Positions 24,951 through 33,848 are shown, counted from the stretch's first letter. The stretch: 53,928 nt of DNA from Planctomyces sp. (GCA_043750195.1 JAYVCB010000163.1:1-53928), one strand, 5' to 3'. Translations and numbers: made by a program. Notes: a model not told the origin generated them from the letters alone.

Positions 24951-27842
24951 ATGAGTCGTGTTCTTTGGTGTTTTATTGGCTGCTGGTGCGTCATCACTGC
25001 TGTTGCGACAAGTTTCGCGGATGACGCCAAGGCGATGGCTCCCGACTTCAATACACAGGTCGCGCCGATCTTCAAGAAGTACTGCAACGGCTGCCACAAC
25101 GCCGACGAGAAGGAAGGCGGACTGATCCTGGAGTCGTTTGACTCGGCGTTGAAAGGTGGCAAGCGCGGTGCGGTCATCGTCCCTGGAAAGAGTGACCTCA
25201 GCCGGTTGGTGCTCAGCGTTGAGAAGAAGGTCAAGCCGGTGATGCCGCCGGAAGGGAACGCAGGGCCGAAGCCGGAGGAGATCGCAATCCTCAGGGCGTG
25301 GGTCGATGCTGGAGCGAAGGGGCCGACCGGGCAGGCTCCCGATCCGACGGTGCTCGTCACTCCGAAGATCGCAACGAAGGGACAGGTGCGGCAGCCGATT
25401 CAGGCGCTCGCGTGGTCGCGCGATGTGGCGACCGTTGCGATCGCTCGGCAGGGGCGAGCCGAGTTGGTCCGCATCCCCCCGACTCCCGGCGAGATCGCTC
25501 GCGGTGTGCCGGACTCTAAGACTCTAGTCCGAGAACTTGTTGGGCTGCGCGGTGTCATTAACGATATCGGAGTTGCTCACGATTTGAGTTTCGTCTTCGC
25601 GGCGGCCGGTGAGCCGGGAGTGTTTGGCGAAGTGCGATTCTTCAAGGTGGTGGATGGTTCGCCGATTCGGACGATTCAAGGGCATCGCGATGCCGTCTAT
25701 GCGGCCGAGTTGAGTCCCGACGGCAAGCTGCTCGCGACGGGGAGCTACGACCAGAAGGTCAAACTTTGGAATGTTGAGACCGGCGCGGAGTTGCGGACTC
25801 TGCACGGCCACAATGATGCGGTGTACGACGTCGCGTTTCATCCGAACGGTCAAATCCTGGCGAGCGCGTCGGGAGATCGAACGGTGAAGCTGTGGAACGT
25901 CGCGACCGGCGAGCGGCTCGACACGCTCAATCAACCGGAGAAGGAACAGTACGCGGTCGCGTTCAGCCTCGACGGCAAGCGGATCGTGGCCGGCGGCGTC
26001 GATAAACGGATTCGCGTGTGGGACATCACGGCCGGAGGTAAAGAGGGGACGAACCCGATTGCGTTCTCGCGGTACGCTCACGAAGGGGGAATCCTCAAGC
26101 TCATCTTTTCGCCGGATGGAAAGATGCTGGTCTCGTCGGCCGAGGATCGACGCATCAAGTTGTGGGAGACGCAGTCGTTCACGCAGCTCAAAGTGTTGGA
26201 GACTCAGCCCGATTGGCCGCAGGCGCTGGCGATCTCGCCGGACAGCTCGACGTTGATGGTCGGCCGATTGGATGGATCGTTGCAGTCGTACCCGATCGCA
26301 AACGCCGGCGCGGGACTCGTCGCCTCGACGCCGCTGACGGGCGATCCGATTCCGCCGCTCGCCAGCGAGTCGGCTCCGATGCAAACGGTCGATGAAGTCG
26401 AGCCGAACGATGCGTTCGCTCAAGCTCAAGCGATTTCGCTGCCAGCGACGGTCAATGGCAAGTTCGCGGCGGCAGGCGATCACGACCTCTTCCGCTTCGA
26501 GGCCAAGGCCGGACATGTCTGGATGCTGGAAACGAACGCCGCCCGCAAAGGCTCGCCCGCTGACACGAAAATCGAAGTGCTCACTCCCGATGGCCGACCG
26601 GTGCAGCGGCTCGTGCTGCAAGCCGTCCGCGAGACGTACAACGAGTTCCGACCGATCGACTCCAACGGCCCGGACATCCGCTTGAAGAACTGGGAAGAGA
26701 TGGACCTCAACCAGTTCCTCTACATTGGCGGCGAAGTGCTCAAAACGTTTCGAATGCCGCAAGGCCCGGACTCTGGAATGCAGATGTATGCCAACGGTGG
26801 CAAGCGGATCGACTACTTCGACACGAGTGCCACGATCCATGCGCTTGACGAAGTTTGCTACATCGTCGAGCCGTATCCTGTCGGCACGAAGCTGATCGAC
26901 AACGGGTTGCCGGTCTATCCGCTGAATTACGAGAACGACGATGACGGCGAACGCAAATTCGGCAACGACAGCCGCCTGAGTTTTACAGTGCCGGCCGACG
27001 GCACGTATCTCGTGAAAGTCACCGACGTGCGTGGCTTCGGCGGCGACAAGCACGACTACTCACTGACCATCCGCCCTCCGAAGCCCGACTTTACTCCGTC
27101 GCTCGCCGGAGGCAAAGACGCGACCGTCGCCGCCAGCAGCGGCACACGAGTCACTTTCCAGATCGACCGCACAGACGGTTTCGACGGCGACGTCCGCTTC
27201 GACGTCACGGGCCTGCCCGAAGGCTTTTCGATTTCAACTCCGACTGTCGTTCAAGCGGGCCACACGCAAACGCGCGCGGTCCTGAGCACGTCGCTCGATG
27301 CCAAAGAGAAAGCTCCGCCGAAGGAAGCCTGGGCGAACGTGAAGATCTCCGCGACGGCGATCATTCACGGACAGTCGGTTACGAAAGAGGCCGGCACGCT
27401 GGGTGAGATCAAGCTCGCAGACAAAGCGAAGTTCGCCGTGTTCCTCACGCCCGATCGGCAACCGCTCAAGGCCGCCGAGAACAACGCCGCTCCGCGCGCC
27501 GATTCACCGCCGAAGCCAGACGACATCCCGGAACTCATCATCGCGCCCGGCACGACGATCACCGCGATGCTACGCATCGAGCGAGCTGACAAGTTCAACA
27601 ACGAGCTACGCTTCGATATCGACAATCTGTCGCATGGCGTGATTGTGGACAACATCGGACTCAGTGGCGTGATGATCCGCCAAGGTGAAACGGAACGTCA
27701 AATCTTCCTCACGGCGTCAAGCTGGGTGCCGGAATCAACTCGGTTGATCTACGGCATTTCGCAGCAAGAGGGGAATCAAGCGTCGCGACCGGTGCGGCTC
27801 ATTGTGCGCAAGCCGCAACAGACCGCAGTGACCTCTCCGTAG
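24951..27842 (+). CDS. Secreted PSCyt1 (planctomycete cytochrome c) - WD40 repeat - PPC-domain protein
   Basis: ORF trimmed to ATG 24951. Has a signal peptide and a CNGCH haem site within FKKYCNGCHNADEKEGGL. At least 6 WD40 repeats (GHRDAVYAAELSPDGKLLATGSYDQKVKLWN and others). A pre-peptidase C-terminal-like VEPNDAFAQAQAISLPATVNGKFAAAGDHDLFRF is also present. Confidence 0.9.
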   Translation: MSRVLWCFIGCWCVITAVATSFADDAKAMAPDFNTQVAPIFKKYCNGCHNADEKEGGLILESFDSALKGGKRGAVIVPGKSDLSRLVLSVEKKVKPVMPPEGNAGPKPEEIAILRAWVDAGAKGPTGQAPDPTVLVTPKIATKGQVRQPIQALAWSRDVATVAIARQGRAELVRIPPTPGEIARGVPDSKTLVRELVGLRGVINDIGVAHDLSFVFAAAGEPGVFGEVRFFKVVDGSPIRTIQGHRDAVYAAELSPDGKLLATGSYDQKVKLWNVETGAELRTLHGHNDAVYDVAFHPNGQILASASGDRTVKLWNVATGERLDTLNQPEKEQYAVAFSLDGKRIVAGGVDKRIRVWDITAGGKEGTNPIAFSRYAHEGGILKLIFSPDGKMLVSSAEDRRIKLWETQSFTQLKVLETQPDWPQALAISPDSSTLMVGRLDGSLQSYPIANAGAGLVASTPLTGDPIPPLASESAPMQTVDEVEPNDAFAQAQAISLPATVNGKFAAAGDHDLFRFEAKAGHVWMLETNAARKGSPADTKIEVLTPDGRPVQRLVLQAVRETYNEFRPIDSNGPDIRLKNWEEMDLNQFLYIGGEVLKTFRMPQGPDSGMQMYANGGKRIDYFDTSATIHALDEVCYIVEPYPVGTKLIDNGLPVYPLNYENDDDGERKFGNDSRLSFTVPADGTYLVKVTDVRGFGGDKHDYSLTIRPPKPDFTPSLAGGKDATVAASSGTRVTFQIDRTDGFDGDVRFDVTGLPEGFSISTPTVVQAGHTQTRAVLSTSLDAKEKAPPKEAWANVKISATAIIHGQSVTKEAGTLGEIKLADKAKFAVFLTPDRQPLKAAENNAAPRADSPPKPDDIPELIIAPGTTITAMLRIERADKFNNELRFDIDNLSHGVIVDNIGLSGVMIRQGETERQIFLTASSWVPESTRLIYGISQQEGNQASRPVRLIVRKPQQTAVTSP

Positions 27843-27891
27843 CCGCACTCGCCAGAGTGCGGGCCGCCCGCGTTCTGGCGAACGCGGCTAC
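27839..27891. repeat. GTAG-headed imperfect palindrome overlapping the stop codon of the PSCyt1-WD40 gene
   Basis: gtagccgcactcgccagagtgcggg versus cccgcgttctggcgaacgcggctac (4 mismatches in 25). The TAG of the head (27840-27842) is the gene's stop codon. Confidence 0.8.
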
Positions 27892-27935
27892 GGTTTGAAA
27901 TGTCCTTCCGTTGACCTAACGAAAGATCCGTCGAA

Positions 27936-28133
27936 CTACGATGCCATGATCGCGTAGTAGGTCCAACCGGAGGCGATCGACATCGCGATCAGCGTGTAGA
28001 TAAACAGAGCCGAGAGCATCTTGCAGATGGACCGCCCGGCCGATTGGTCGGCGGCGACGAACTCGGCGAGTTCCGATTTGTCGAAGAGTTCTTCGGAGGT
28101 GGCGGTGGACTCGTGGCTATGTGCTTCGGACAT
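27936..28133 (-). CDS. Small single-TM membrane protein, unknown function
   Basis: 65 aa with an acidic N-terminus and then one hydrophobic helix, MLSALFIYTLIAMSIASGWTYYAI. Confidence 0.45.
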   Translation of the reverse strand: MSEAHSHESTATSEELFDKSELAEFVAADQSAGRSICKMLSALFIYTLIAMSIASGWTYYAIMAS

Positions 28134-28362
28134 CGAACAGGCTCCGGGTTCAGCGGCGTATGGGAAGAATTCAAAACTCGTCCGGCGGACGAATTAGCAA
28201 GCTTGAAGTCGGGCGGATTCTGAGGAAATCCTACAGACGTGTCGAGTTCAGCAGCGACTTTTCCGAATCCCCCGTAACAATCCTGCCGTGGATGAATTGG
28301 AACATGAGATGCCCGGCTTTTGAAAAGTCCGGGCATCTTGAGTGCGAAATCAGGAGGCCATC

Positions 28363-28662
28363 ATGCCCTTGTACGAATATGTGATCGTTAATGCCGACGG
28401 CACTGACGGAGATACCTTTGAAGTGCTGCAACGAATCAGCGATCCACCGCTGAAGAAGCATCCGGAGACGAGTCAAAAAGTCCGCCGCATCATGTCGTCT
28501 CCCAGCGTCAAGAAGCCCTATCGCGGAGGGAAAATCACGGGAGACACCAGCAATAAGAACCTGGAGAAACTGGGGTTCACCAAGTACCAAAAATCCAAGA
28601 CGGGGACTTACGAGAAGGTTCTCGGATCAGGCCCGGATCTGATTAAACGAGATGCTGAGTAA
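28363..28662 (+). CDS. FmdB-like protein lacking the zinc-ribbon cysteines
   Basis: ATG 28363 is preceded by aggagg. MPLYEYVIVNADGTDGDTFEVLQRISDPPL matches the MPxYEY...FEvlq framework of FmdB-family CxxC-CxxC proteins, but both Cys pairs are absent. It ends 12 nt before the sulfatase gene. Confidence 0.6.
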   Translation: MPLYEYVIVNADGTDGDTFEVLQRISDPPLKKHPETSQKVRRIMSSPSVKKPYRGGKITGDTSNKNLEKLGFTKYQKSKTGTYEKVLGSGPDLIKRDAE

Positions 28663-28674
28663 TCCAATCGGAAT

Positions 28675-30204
28675 TTGATCGGGAGATTGATCGTGAACTG
28701 TTTCCGCTGGTTGATCTCGCTGGTTCTGGTTTTGGAATTTGTCTCTTCCGTCTCCGCCGCGGACGCGATCCGTCCCAACATCGTCTTCATTCTGGCGGAC
28801 GATCTCGGCTACGGAGAGCTTGGCTGCTTCGGGCAGACAAAGATCAAGACACCGAACCTCGATAAGCTGGCTTCCGAGGGGATGCGGTTGACGCAGCATT
28901 ATTCGGGCAATGCCGTGTGTGCTCCGTCGCGGTGTGTGTTGATGACCGGCAAGCATCCGGGGCACGCTTTCATTCGGAACAATCGCAGCACGCCGCCAGA
29001 GGGGCAGTATCCGATTCCGGCCGACACCGTCACGCTGCCGAAGTTGCTTGGCAAACAGGGCTACGTTTGCGGTGGGTTCGGTAAGTGGGGGTTGGGCGGG
29101 CCGGGGTCCACCGGCGAACCGCTCAAGCAAGGGATGAATCGCTTCTTCGGATTCAATTGCCAAGGAGTCGCTCACAACCACTATCCAACACATTTGTGGG
29201 ACGACGACAAGCAAGTGCGGCTCAACAACCCGGACTTCGACGCGCATCAAAACAAGCTCGCCGCCGGAGCCAATCCCAATGACCCCGCCAGCTATGCGGG
29301 GTTCTTCGGCAAAGAGTTCGCTCAAGACGTCATCATGGAGCAAGCCCTGCGGTTTGTGCGTGACAACAAGAGCCGCCCGTTCTTCTTGTATGTGCCCAGC
29401 ACGATTCCGCATCTGGCCATTCAAGTGCCGGAAGATTCGCTGGCCGAGTATGCCGGCAAGTTCGACGATCCGCCGTATGTCGGTGGCAAAGGTTACTTGC
29501 CGCATCGGCAACCACGAGCGGCTTACGCCGCGATGATCTCGCGGTTGGATCGCGACGTCGGACGGATCGTGTCGCTCGTGCGCGAACTTGGCCTCGAAGA
29601 GAACACGCTGTTCGTATTCAGTTCCGACAACGGCCCGGCCTATGACGGCATCGGCGGGACCGACGCGGACTTCTTCAATTCCGCCGGTCCATTGCGCGGC
29701 AAGAAAGGTTCGCTGTACGAGGGAGGCTTCCGAGTCCCGACGATTGCACGTTGGAAAGGGAAGATCCCCGCCGGCACGGCTCGTGATCGAGTCAGCGGCT
29801 TTGAAGACTGGTTGCCGACGCTGTTGGAAGTTGCCGGTGCGAAGGACGCGATTCCGAAGGACATCGACGGTCTCAGTCTGCTGCCAACGCTGCGCGGCGA
29901 ATCGCAATCCGAGCGTCCGTTCTTGTACCGCGAGTTCCCGGACTACAGTGGCCAGCAGTCCGTGCGCGTCGGCGATTGGAAGGCGGTTCGGCAGTATCTC
30001 AAAGCGAAGGGGAAAGCCGCTGATGCGGATTCCGCGAAAGTCATCGTGAAGACGGAGCTCTATAACCTGAAAGATGACCTCGCCGAATCAAAGGATGTCG
30101 CCGCCGAGCATCCAGACGTTGTGGCCAAGCTCGAAAAGTTAATGCACGAGCAGCACGTCCCGTCCGCGGAGTTTCCGTTTGCGACGTTGGATCGAGCGAA
30201 GTAA
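28675..30204 (+). CDS. Formylglycine-dependent sulfatase (arylsulfatase family)
   Basis: Signal peptide, PNIVFILADDLGYGELG and the CAPSRCVLMTGK (C-x-P-x-R) motif. The start is uncertain: TTG 28675, TTG 28687 or GTG 28693. Confidence 0.93.
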   Translation: MIGRLIVNCFRWLISLVLVLEFVSSVSAADAIRPNIVFILADDLGYGELGCFGQTKIKTPNLDKLASEGMRLTQHYSGNAVCAPSRCVLMTGKHPGHAFIRNNRSTPPEGQYPIPADTVTLPKLLGKQGYVCGGFGKWGLGGPGSTGEPLKQGMNRFFGFNCQGVAHNHYPTHLWDDDKQVRLNNPDFDAHQNKLAAGANPNDPASYAGFFGKEFAQDVIMEQALRFVRDNKSRPFFLYVPSTIPHLAIQVPEDSLAEYAGKFDDPPYVGGKGYLPHRQPRAAYAAMISRLDRDVGRIVSLVRELGLEENTLFVFSSDNGPAYDGIGGTDADFFNSAGPLRGKKGSLYEGGFRVPTIARWKGKIPAGTARDRVSGFEDWLPTLLEVAGAKDAIPKDIDGLSLLPTLRGESQSERPFLYREFPDYSGQQSVRVGDWKAVRQYLKAKGKAADADSAKVIVKTELYNLKDDLAESKDVAAEHPDVVAKLEKLMHEQHVPSAEFPFATLDRAK

Positions 30205-30225
30205 TTACCCGGTGATGGCGTGACG

Positions 30226-30293
30226 TTTCATGGTTCTGCCCCCATCGTTCTGCCAAGAAGTTTTGGCAGAACGATGGAGGCAGAACGATGAAA
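30226..30293. repeat. 31-bp-arm palindrome (ggcagaacgatgg type) between convergent genes
   Basis: tttcatggttctgcccccatcgttctgccaa (30226-30256) pairs with ttggcagaacgatggaggcagaacgatgaaa (30263-30293); 2 mismatches. Confidence 0.9.
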
Positions 30294-30317
30294 AACGCGA
30301 TTGGCTGCGGGATAGGA

Positions 30318-31733
30318 TTATTGGATGAGGTTCTTTCGTAGCTCCGCGAGTAGCTGATCGACTTCTGATGGGTCATAACCGAGCGGGGTCGCGTAGTTTG
30401 GTCGGTATTTCAGTCGCGTCCGCAAGGGAATCAGTGCTCGCGAATCGCTCGACGGCGGGAACGGCGTTTTCCCGGTGAGTCGTTGTAGCGATTGGCTGGC
30501 TGCGGCGATGGCGAGAAACCGCTGCATCTGACCGTCCCAGTTGGGTTGCCACTCGGCATCGGACTTCGCGTCGATCACTCGATGCAGCAGTTGCGTTGCT
30601 TGAGCGGCGTCGTAGTGCGAGGACTCCAGCGAGCGCAACCAACTGGTCAGGTCATCGCTGGCTCGTTGAGCGGCCGTGACCACTTCGTTGGCCGGGGCAG
30701 AACGCAGCCGTGACTGCCCCATCACTGCGAGCAATGACTCTAAAGATTTTTCGGACGCCGTTCCGTGAGCCAGGAATTTCGCGGATGGAATTGACCACGA
30801 TCCCCAGCGTGGCGTTCCCAGCGGTTGGCGAAGCGTCGGACGTCCGAGCGTCGGTTCCGTGAGATCGTGGTGGCAGGCATTGCAATCGAACTCGGCGAAG
30901 TCCGGCAGAACGTGAGACGCATTGTCGTGAACGGCCTGCTTGGCTCGAGCGGCGGCGATATCGGACATCGCTTTGGCCGAGGCGGCCTGGCCGATAGCCC
31001 AGAGTCGAACTTCTTGTCCCGGATCTTGCTGAGTTTCCAGCGTGGCATCCCAGTGCCTGGGCAGCATCGAGTGGAACGACGACATCTCAAACGCTAATCG
31101 CGGATGCCCCGCCGCGATGAGATCGTGATCGACCGTCGCGGCCGGAGAGCCGATATGGCAGGCGACGCACGTTTCCGCACGAGTGGTCAGAGAACGCAGG
31201 TCGCGAAAACCCAACTCCGACTTCTGTGTTGTTGAGAGAAACTTCCAAGTGCGAATGGTGTGCTTCGCGATCCAATCACCCGCCGCTCCGTGGCAGCTTT
31301 CACAGCCGACGCCGTATTCGAGCACGAACCGATCGCCATGATTTGGTTTCGAATCTCTGGAGGAAGAGTGACACGCCAGGCAGCGAGCATGTTGGTGAGC
31401 GCCAATGCTCACTCCCGCGTCGTTCTTCAGGTCGAGCTTCTTGGCCATCGCGACCGAGACGTCATTGAAGAGGATCTCGTAAGCACGTCGGTGCATCGTA
31501 TCGCGTTGCTGCCAGGCTCCCGCTTCGCCGCCAACCAGCGAGCGTGCGCCGTGACAGCTCACGGCATTGCAACCGGCGACTCCGATCAATTGATGACCTA
31601 GTCCCTCGGAGTTGCTCGCTGCCGGAGCGGGCGGAACTGTCGCTTGCAACGAATCTGCCGCATGAGCGGTCAGCGCTTCCATCGGTGCCGACACAGCGCT
31701 GGCCACCGCCACTAATCGGAGTATCCAATTCAT
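30318..31733 (-). CDS. Secreted multihaem c-type cytochrome
   Basis: ORF trimmed to ATG 31733 (MNWILRLVAVASAVSAP signal). Four CxxCH sites (CLACH, CESCH, CVACH, CNACH) plus one CNAVSCH (C-x4-CH). Confidence 0.85.
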   Translation of the reverse strand: MNWILRLVAVASAVSAPMEALTAHAADSLQATVPPAPAASNSEGLGHQLIGVAGCNAVSCHGARSLVGGEAGAWQQRDTMHRRAYEILFNDVSVAMAKKLDLKNDAGVSIGAHQHARCLACHSSSRDSKPNHGDRFVLEYGVGCESCHGAAGDWIAKHTIRTWKFLSTTQKSELGFRDLRSLTTRAETCVACHIGSPAATVDHDLIAAGHPRLAFEMSSFHSMLPRHWDATLETQQDPGQEVRLWAIGQAASAKAMSDIAAARAKQAVHDNASHVLPDFAEFDCNACHHDLTEPTLGRPTLRQPLGTPRWGSWSIPSAKFLAHGTASEKSLESLLAVMGQSRLRSAPANEVVTAAQRASDDLTSWLRSLESSHYDAAQATQLLHRVIDAKSDAEWQPNWDGQMQRFLAIAAASQSLQRLTGKTPFPPSSDSRALIPLRTRLKYRPNYATPLGYDPSEVDQLLAELRKNLIQ

Positions 31734-31941
31734 CGCGCGCTTCCTTATGGCAGGCATCAAGTCCACTGGGGAGTCTCACCTATAGATCGAGTGGTGTGTC
31801 GTGGATTTCGAGAATTCAACGGCGATTCTGGCGAGCTTCCTGTTGATGGCTCGTGCGATGCAAGAAGTCGTCACTCCGCGACGAATGAAATGACTCTTCG
31901 TAACCCGCACGTTGAGAATTCCCGCGACAACTCGCAGGCGA

Positions 31942-32080
31942 GCGGGGCGGCGTCAGCCCCCCGGTTGTCATTAGCCATCGTGACCACCGGGGGGCAGACG
32001 CCCAATGGCATTCACGTTGTGAGCGGCACGGCGCTAGCCGCCGGTATTTCGCGAGTGCCATTGGGCTGACGCCGCCCCGC
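31942..32080. repeat. 139-nt composite nested palindrome
   Basis: Outer perfect 18-bp stem gcggggcggcgtcagccc (31942-31959) / gggctgacgccgccccgc (32063-32080). Inner stems are ccccccggt/accgggggg (31957-31965 / 31986-31994) and cccaatggca/tgccattggg (32001-32010 / 32057-32066). Confidence 0.85.
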
Positions 32081-32102
32081 GCGCCAGAATGTCTGTTGAG
32101 AA

Positions 32103-33848
32103 CTACGGTCGCAACGGCGCAATGACTCGCGAGGCATGTTGCTTGTTGAGCTGCACGGTGTTCGTCGCCGTGACAGCGTTCGCGGGGAACTCCAAGCCGA
32201 GCGGTTCGCCGGTATTCGGGTTCGGTTCAAAGAACGGAGCGCCGGTGCTGGCGACGGTGACTCGGATGCGATGTCCCTTCGCGAAGATTTGGCTGATCCA
32301 GCCGACTTCAAAGGCAACCTTCTCGACCTTGCCGGGCGTGAAGAACACTTCCTGCTCGAAGCCGTCGCGATAACGGCCGCGGCGGATGTAATCGACCAGC
32401 AGGATCGAGCGACCGTCGGGATAAACGTCACAGACGCGGACGATGAAGTCGGTGTCCTTTGCCGATGACGTGACGAATAACTCCGTCTTCACGAGTCCCG
32501 TCCATTCCACCGGTTCGGTGAGCGGTTCGGTCGTGAAGGTGCGGACCTCGGCCTGCTCTTCAAACTTGCGAGCGTCTGCCGCGCCGGGAAAGCCCTTGTT
32601 GTTCGGGATGTTGGCCGGCTTCAGCGGATCGGCCAAAAATGTTGCGTCGGCGTCGGCTTCGGTCGGCGATGAATTCGTCAGCCTGCCGCCGTCGCGCAGG
32701 AAGTACGACGTCGGTGTCGCAGAGATCGGCCAGTCATTCGTCTCTCGCCAGATGTTGCCAACGTAGCCGTCACGCTCCGCGTGACGAGCCGAACGCTCGT
32801 TCGACGCCGATCCTGAATCCGATGCCGGTGAAGCGTTCGACTCGTCTCGCGGAGCGAGACGGCTACGTTCCTCACCCATGACGTAGTACCGCACCGTCGG
32901 GTCACGATCGACACCGTTGTCTCGCCCCTTCAGCCAGAAGTCGAACCAACGAACGAGATGGCTCTCAGCATCGAACTTTGCGTTCTCTGGAAAGGTCATC
33001 TCGCTGACCTTGTTGGTGTTCTTGCCGAGATATCCGCCGTGCAGCCACGGGCCGATAAGCAGTTGTTGCTTGCCGCGCGAATTCGGGCCGGCACGATGCT
33101 GCCGCCCGCGATAGCTCTCGATCGAGCCGATATTCATGAAGTCGAACCAACTGCCGATCGTGAAGCAGGGGACGTCCATCTTGTCGAAGTGCCGCGAGCA
33201 ATCTTCCTGCTTCCAATAGTCATCGAACGTCGGATGCTTGAACCACTCGACCCGCAACGCGAGGTTGTGAGCCGGCTCGCGGCAGACGGCGTCCATCCCT
33301 TTGAACCGCTCCGGCCGAGTCGTCCCACCGATGCGATAGCCTTCTTGGTAGAGGCTCAATCCTGTGTCGATCATGTATTGCGCGACCAGATGCGGCGGGC
33401 GAGTCACGGCTAAAAAGTTCTGAGCGAACCCAGCCTGCGAACTGCCGAAAGTACCAATCTTTCCCGTGGACCATTTCTGTATGGCGAGCCATTCGACTGT
33501 GTCGTATCCGTCCTGCAATTCGCCCCAGCCGAGCGCTCGATAGCCGACCCATGTCCCTTCCGACTTTCCCGCTCCGCGATAGTTCTCGGCACAGACGACA
33601 TAGCCGGCCTTCGCCAGCCGAGCGTTTCCCTGCCGAGTCCCAACGCCTTTCAAGTCGGCATAGCGCTGCTCGTACAACACCGGCCACGGGCCGTCACCCG
33701 GCGGGAAGTAAAGATACGCCGAGAGCTTCGTCCCATCGCGCATCGGAATCATCATCTGCTCTTCGCGCACAACGCCGAGGTCGATCGGTTCCTGCGCGAA
33801 GGCCGACGACAGGGAGACGAGGCAGAATCCAATCAAAAGCACGCGCAT
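32103..33848 (-). CDS. CocE/NonD-family (S15 X-Pro dipeptidyl-peptidase-like) hydrolase, secreted, with a repeat-derived in-frame insertion
   Basis: 581 aa with a signal peptide. Contains PVLYEQRYAD and GTFGSSQAGFAQ (nucleophile region), and a C-terminal jelly-roll part. Codons for ERSRLAPRDESNASPASDSGSASNERSARHAERDGYV are encoded by the palindrome at 32761-32868. Confidence 0.88.
   Translation of the reverse strand: MRVLLIGFCLVSLSSAFAQEPIDLGVVREEQMMIPMRDGTKLSAYLYFPPGDGPWPVLYEQRYADLKGVGTRQGNARLAKAGYVVCAENYRGAGKSEGTWVGYRALGWGELQDGYDTVEWLAIQKWSTGKIGTFGSSQAGFAQNFLAVTRPPHLVAQYMIDTGLSLYQEGYRIGGTTRPERFKGMDAVCREPAHNLALRVEWFKHPTFDDYWKQEDCSRHFDKMDVPCFTIGSWFDFMNIGSIESYRGRQHRAGPNSRGKQQLLIGPWLHGGYLGKNTNKVSEMTFPENAKFDAESHLVRWFDFWLKGRDNGVDRDPTVRYYVMGEERSRLAPRDESNASPASDSGSASNERSARHAERDGYVGNIWRETNDWPISATPTSYFLRDGGRLTNSSPTEADADATFLADPLKPANIPNNKGFPGAADARKFEEQAEVRTFTTEPLTEPVEWTGLVKTELFVTSSAKDTDFIVRVCDVYPDGRSILLVDYIRRGRYRDGFEQEVFFTPGKVEKVAFEVGWISQIFAKGHRIRVTVASTGAPFFEPNPNTGEPLGLEFPANAVTATNTVQLNKQHASRVIAPLRP
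32761..32868. repeat. 108-nt GTAG-headed REPIN-like element located inside a coding sequence
   Basis: acgtagccgtcacgctccgcgtgacgagccgaacgct (32761-32797) pairs with agcgttcgactcgtctcgcggagcgagacggctacgt (32832-32868). There are 3 mismatches in 37 and a 34-nt spacer. It belongs to the same family as 14554-14632. Confidence 0.9.

Noticed and set aside
25524-27053. 509-aa minus-strand ORF inside the PSCyt1-WD40 gene. Similar long antisense or alternate-frame ORFs occur at 16861-18462, 20747-21661, 28627-29907, 34945-36327, 40656-41942, 44142-45143 and 52182-53177.
   Set aside because: All are Arg-rich and have no recognisable motifs. Each fully overlaps a gene with clear family signatures (WD40, CehA-like, MoxR, sulfatase CxPxR, SF1 helicase motifs, transporter TMs, GlcG). 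They are shadow ORFs caused by GC3 bias.
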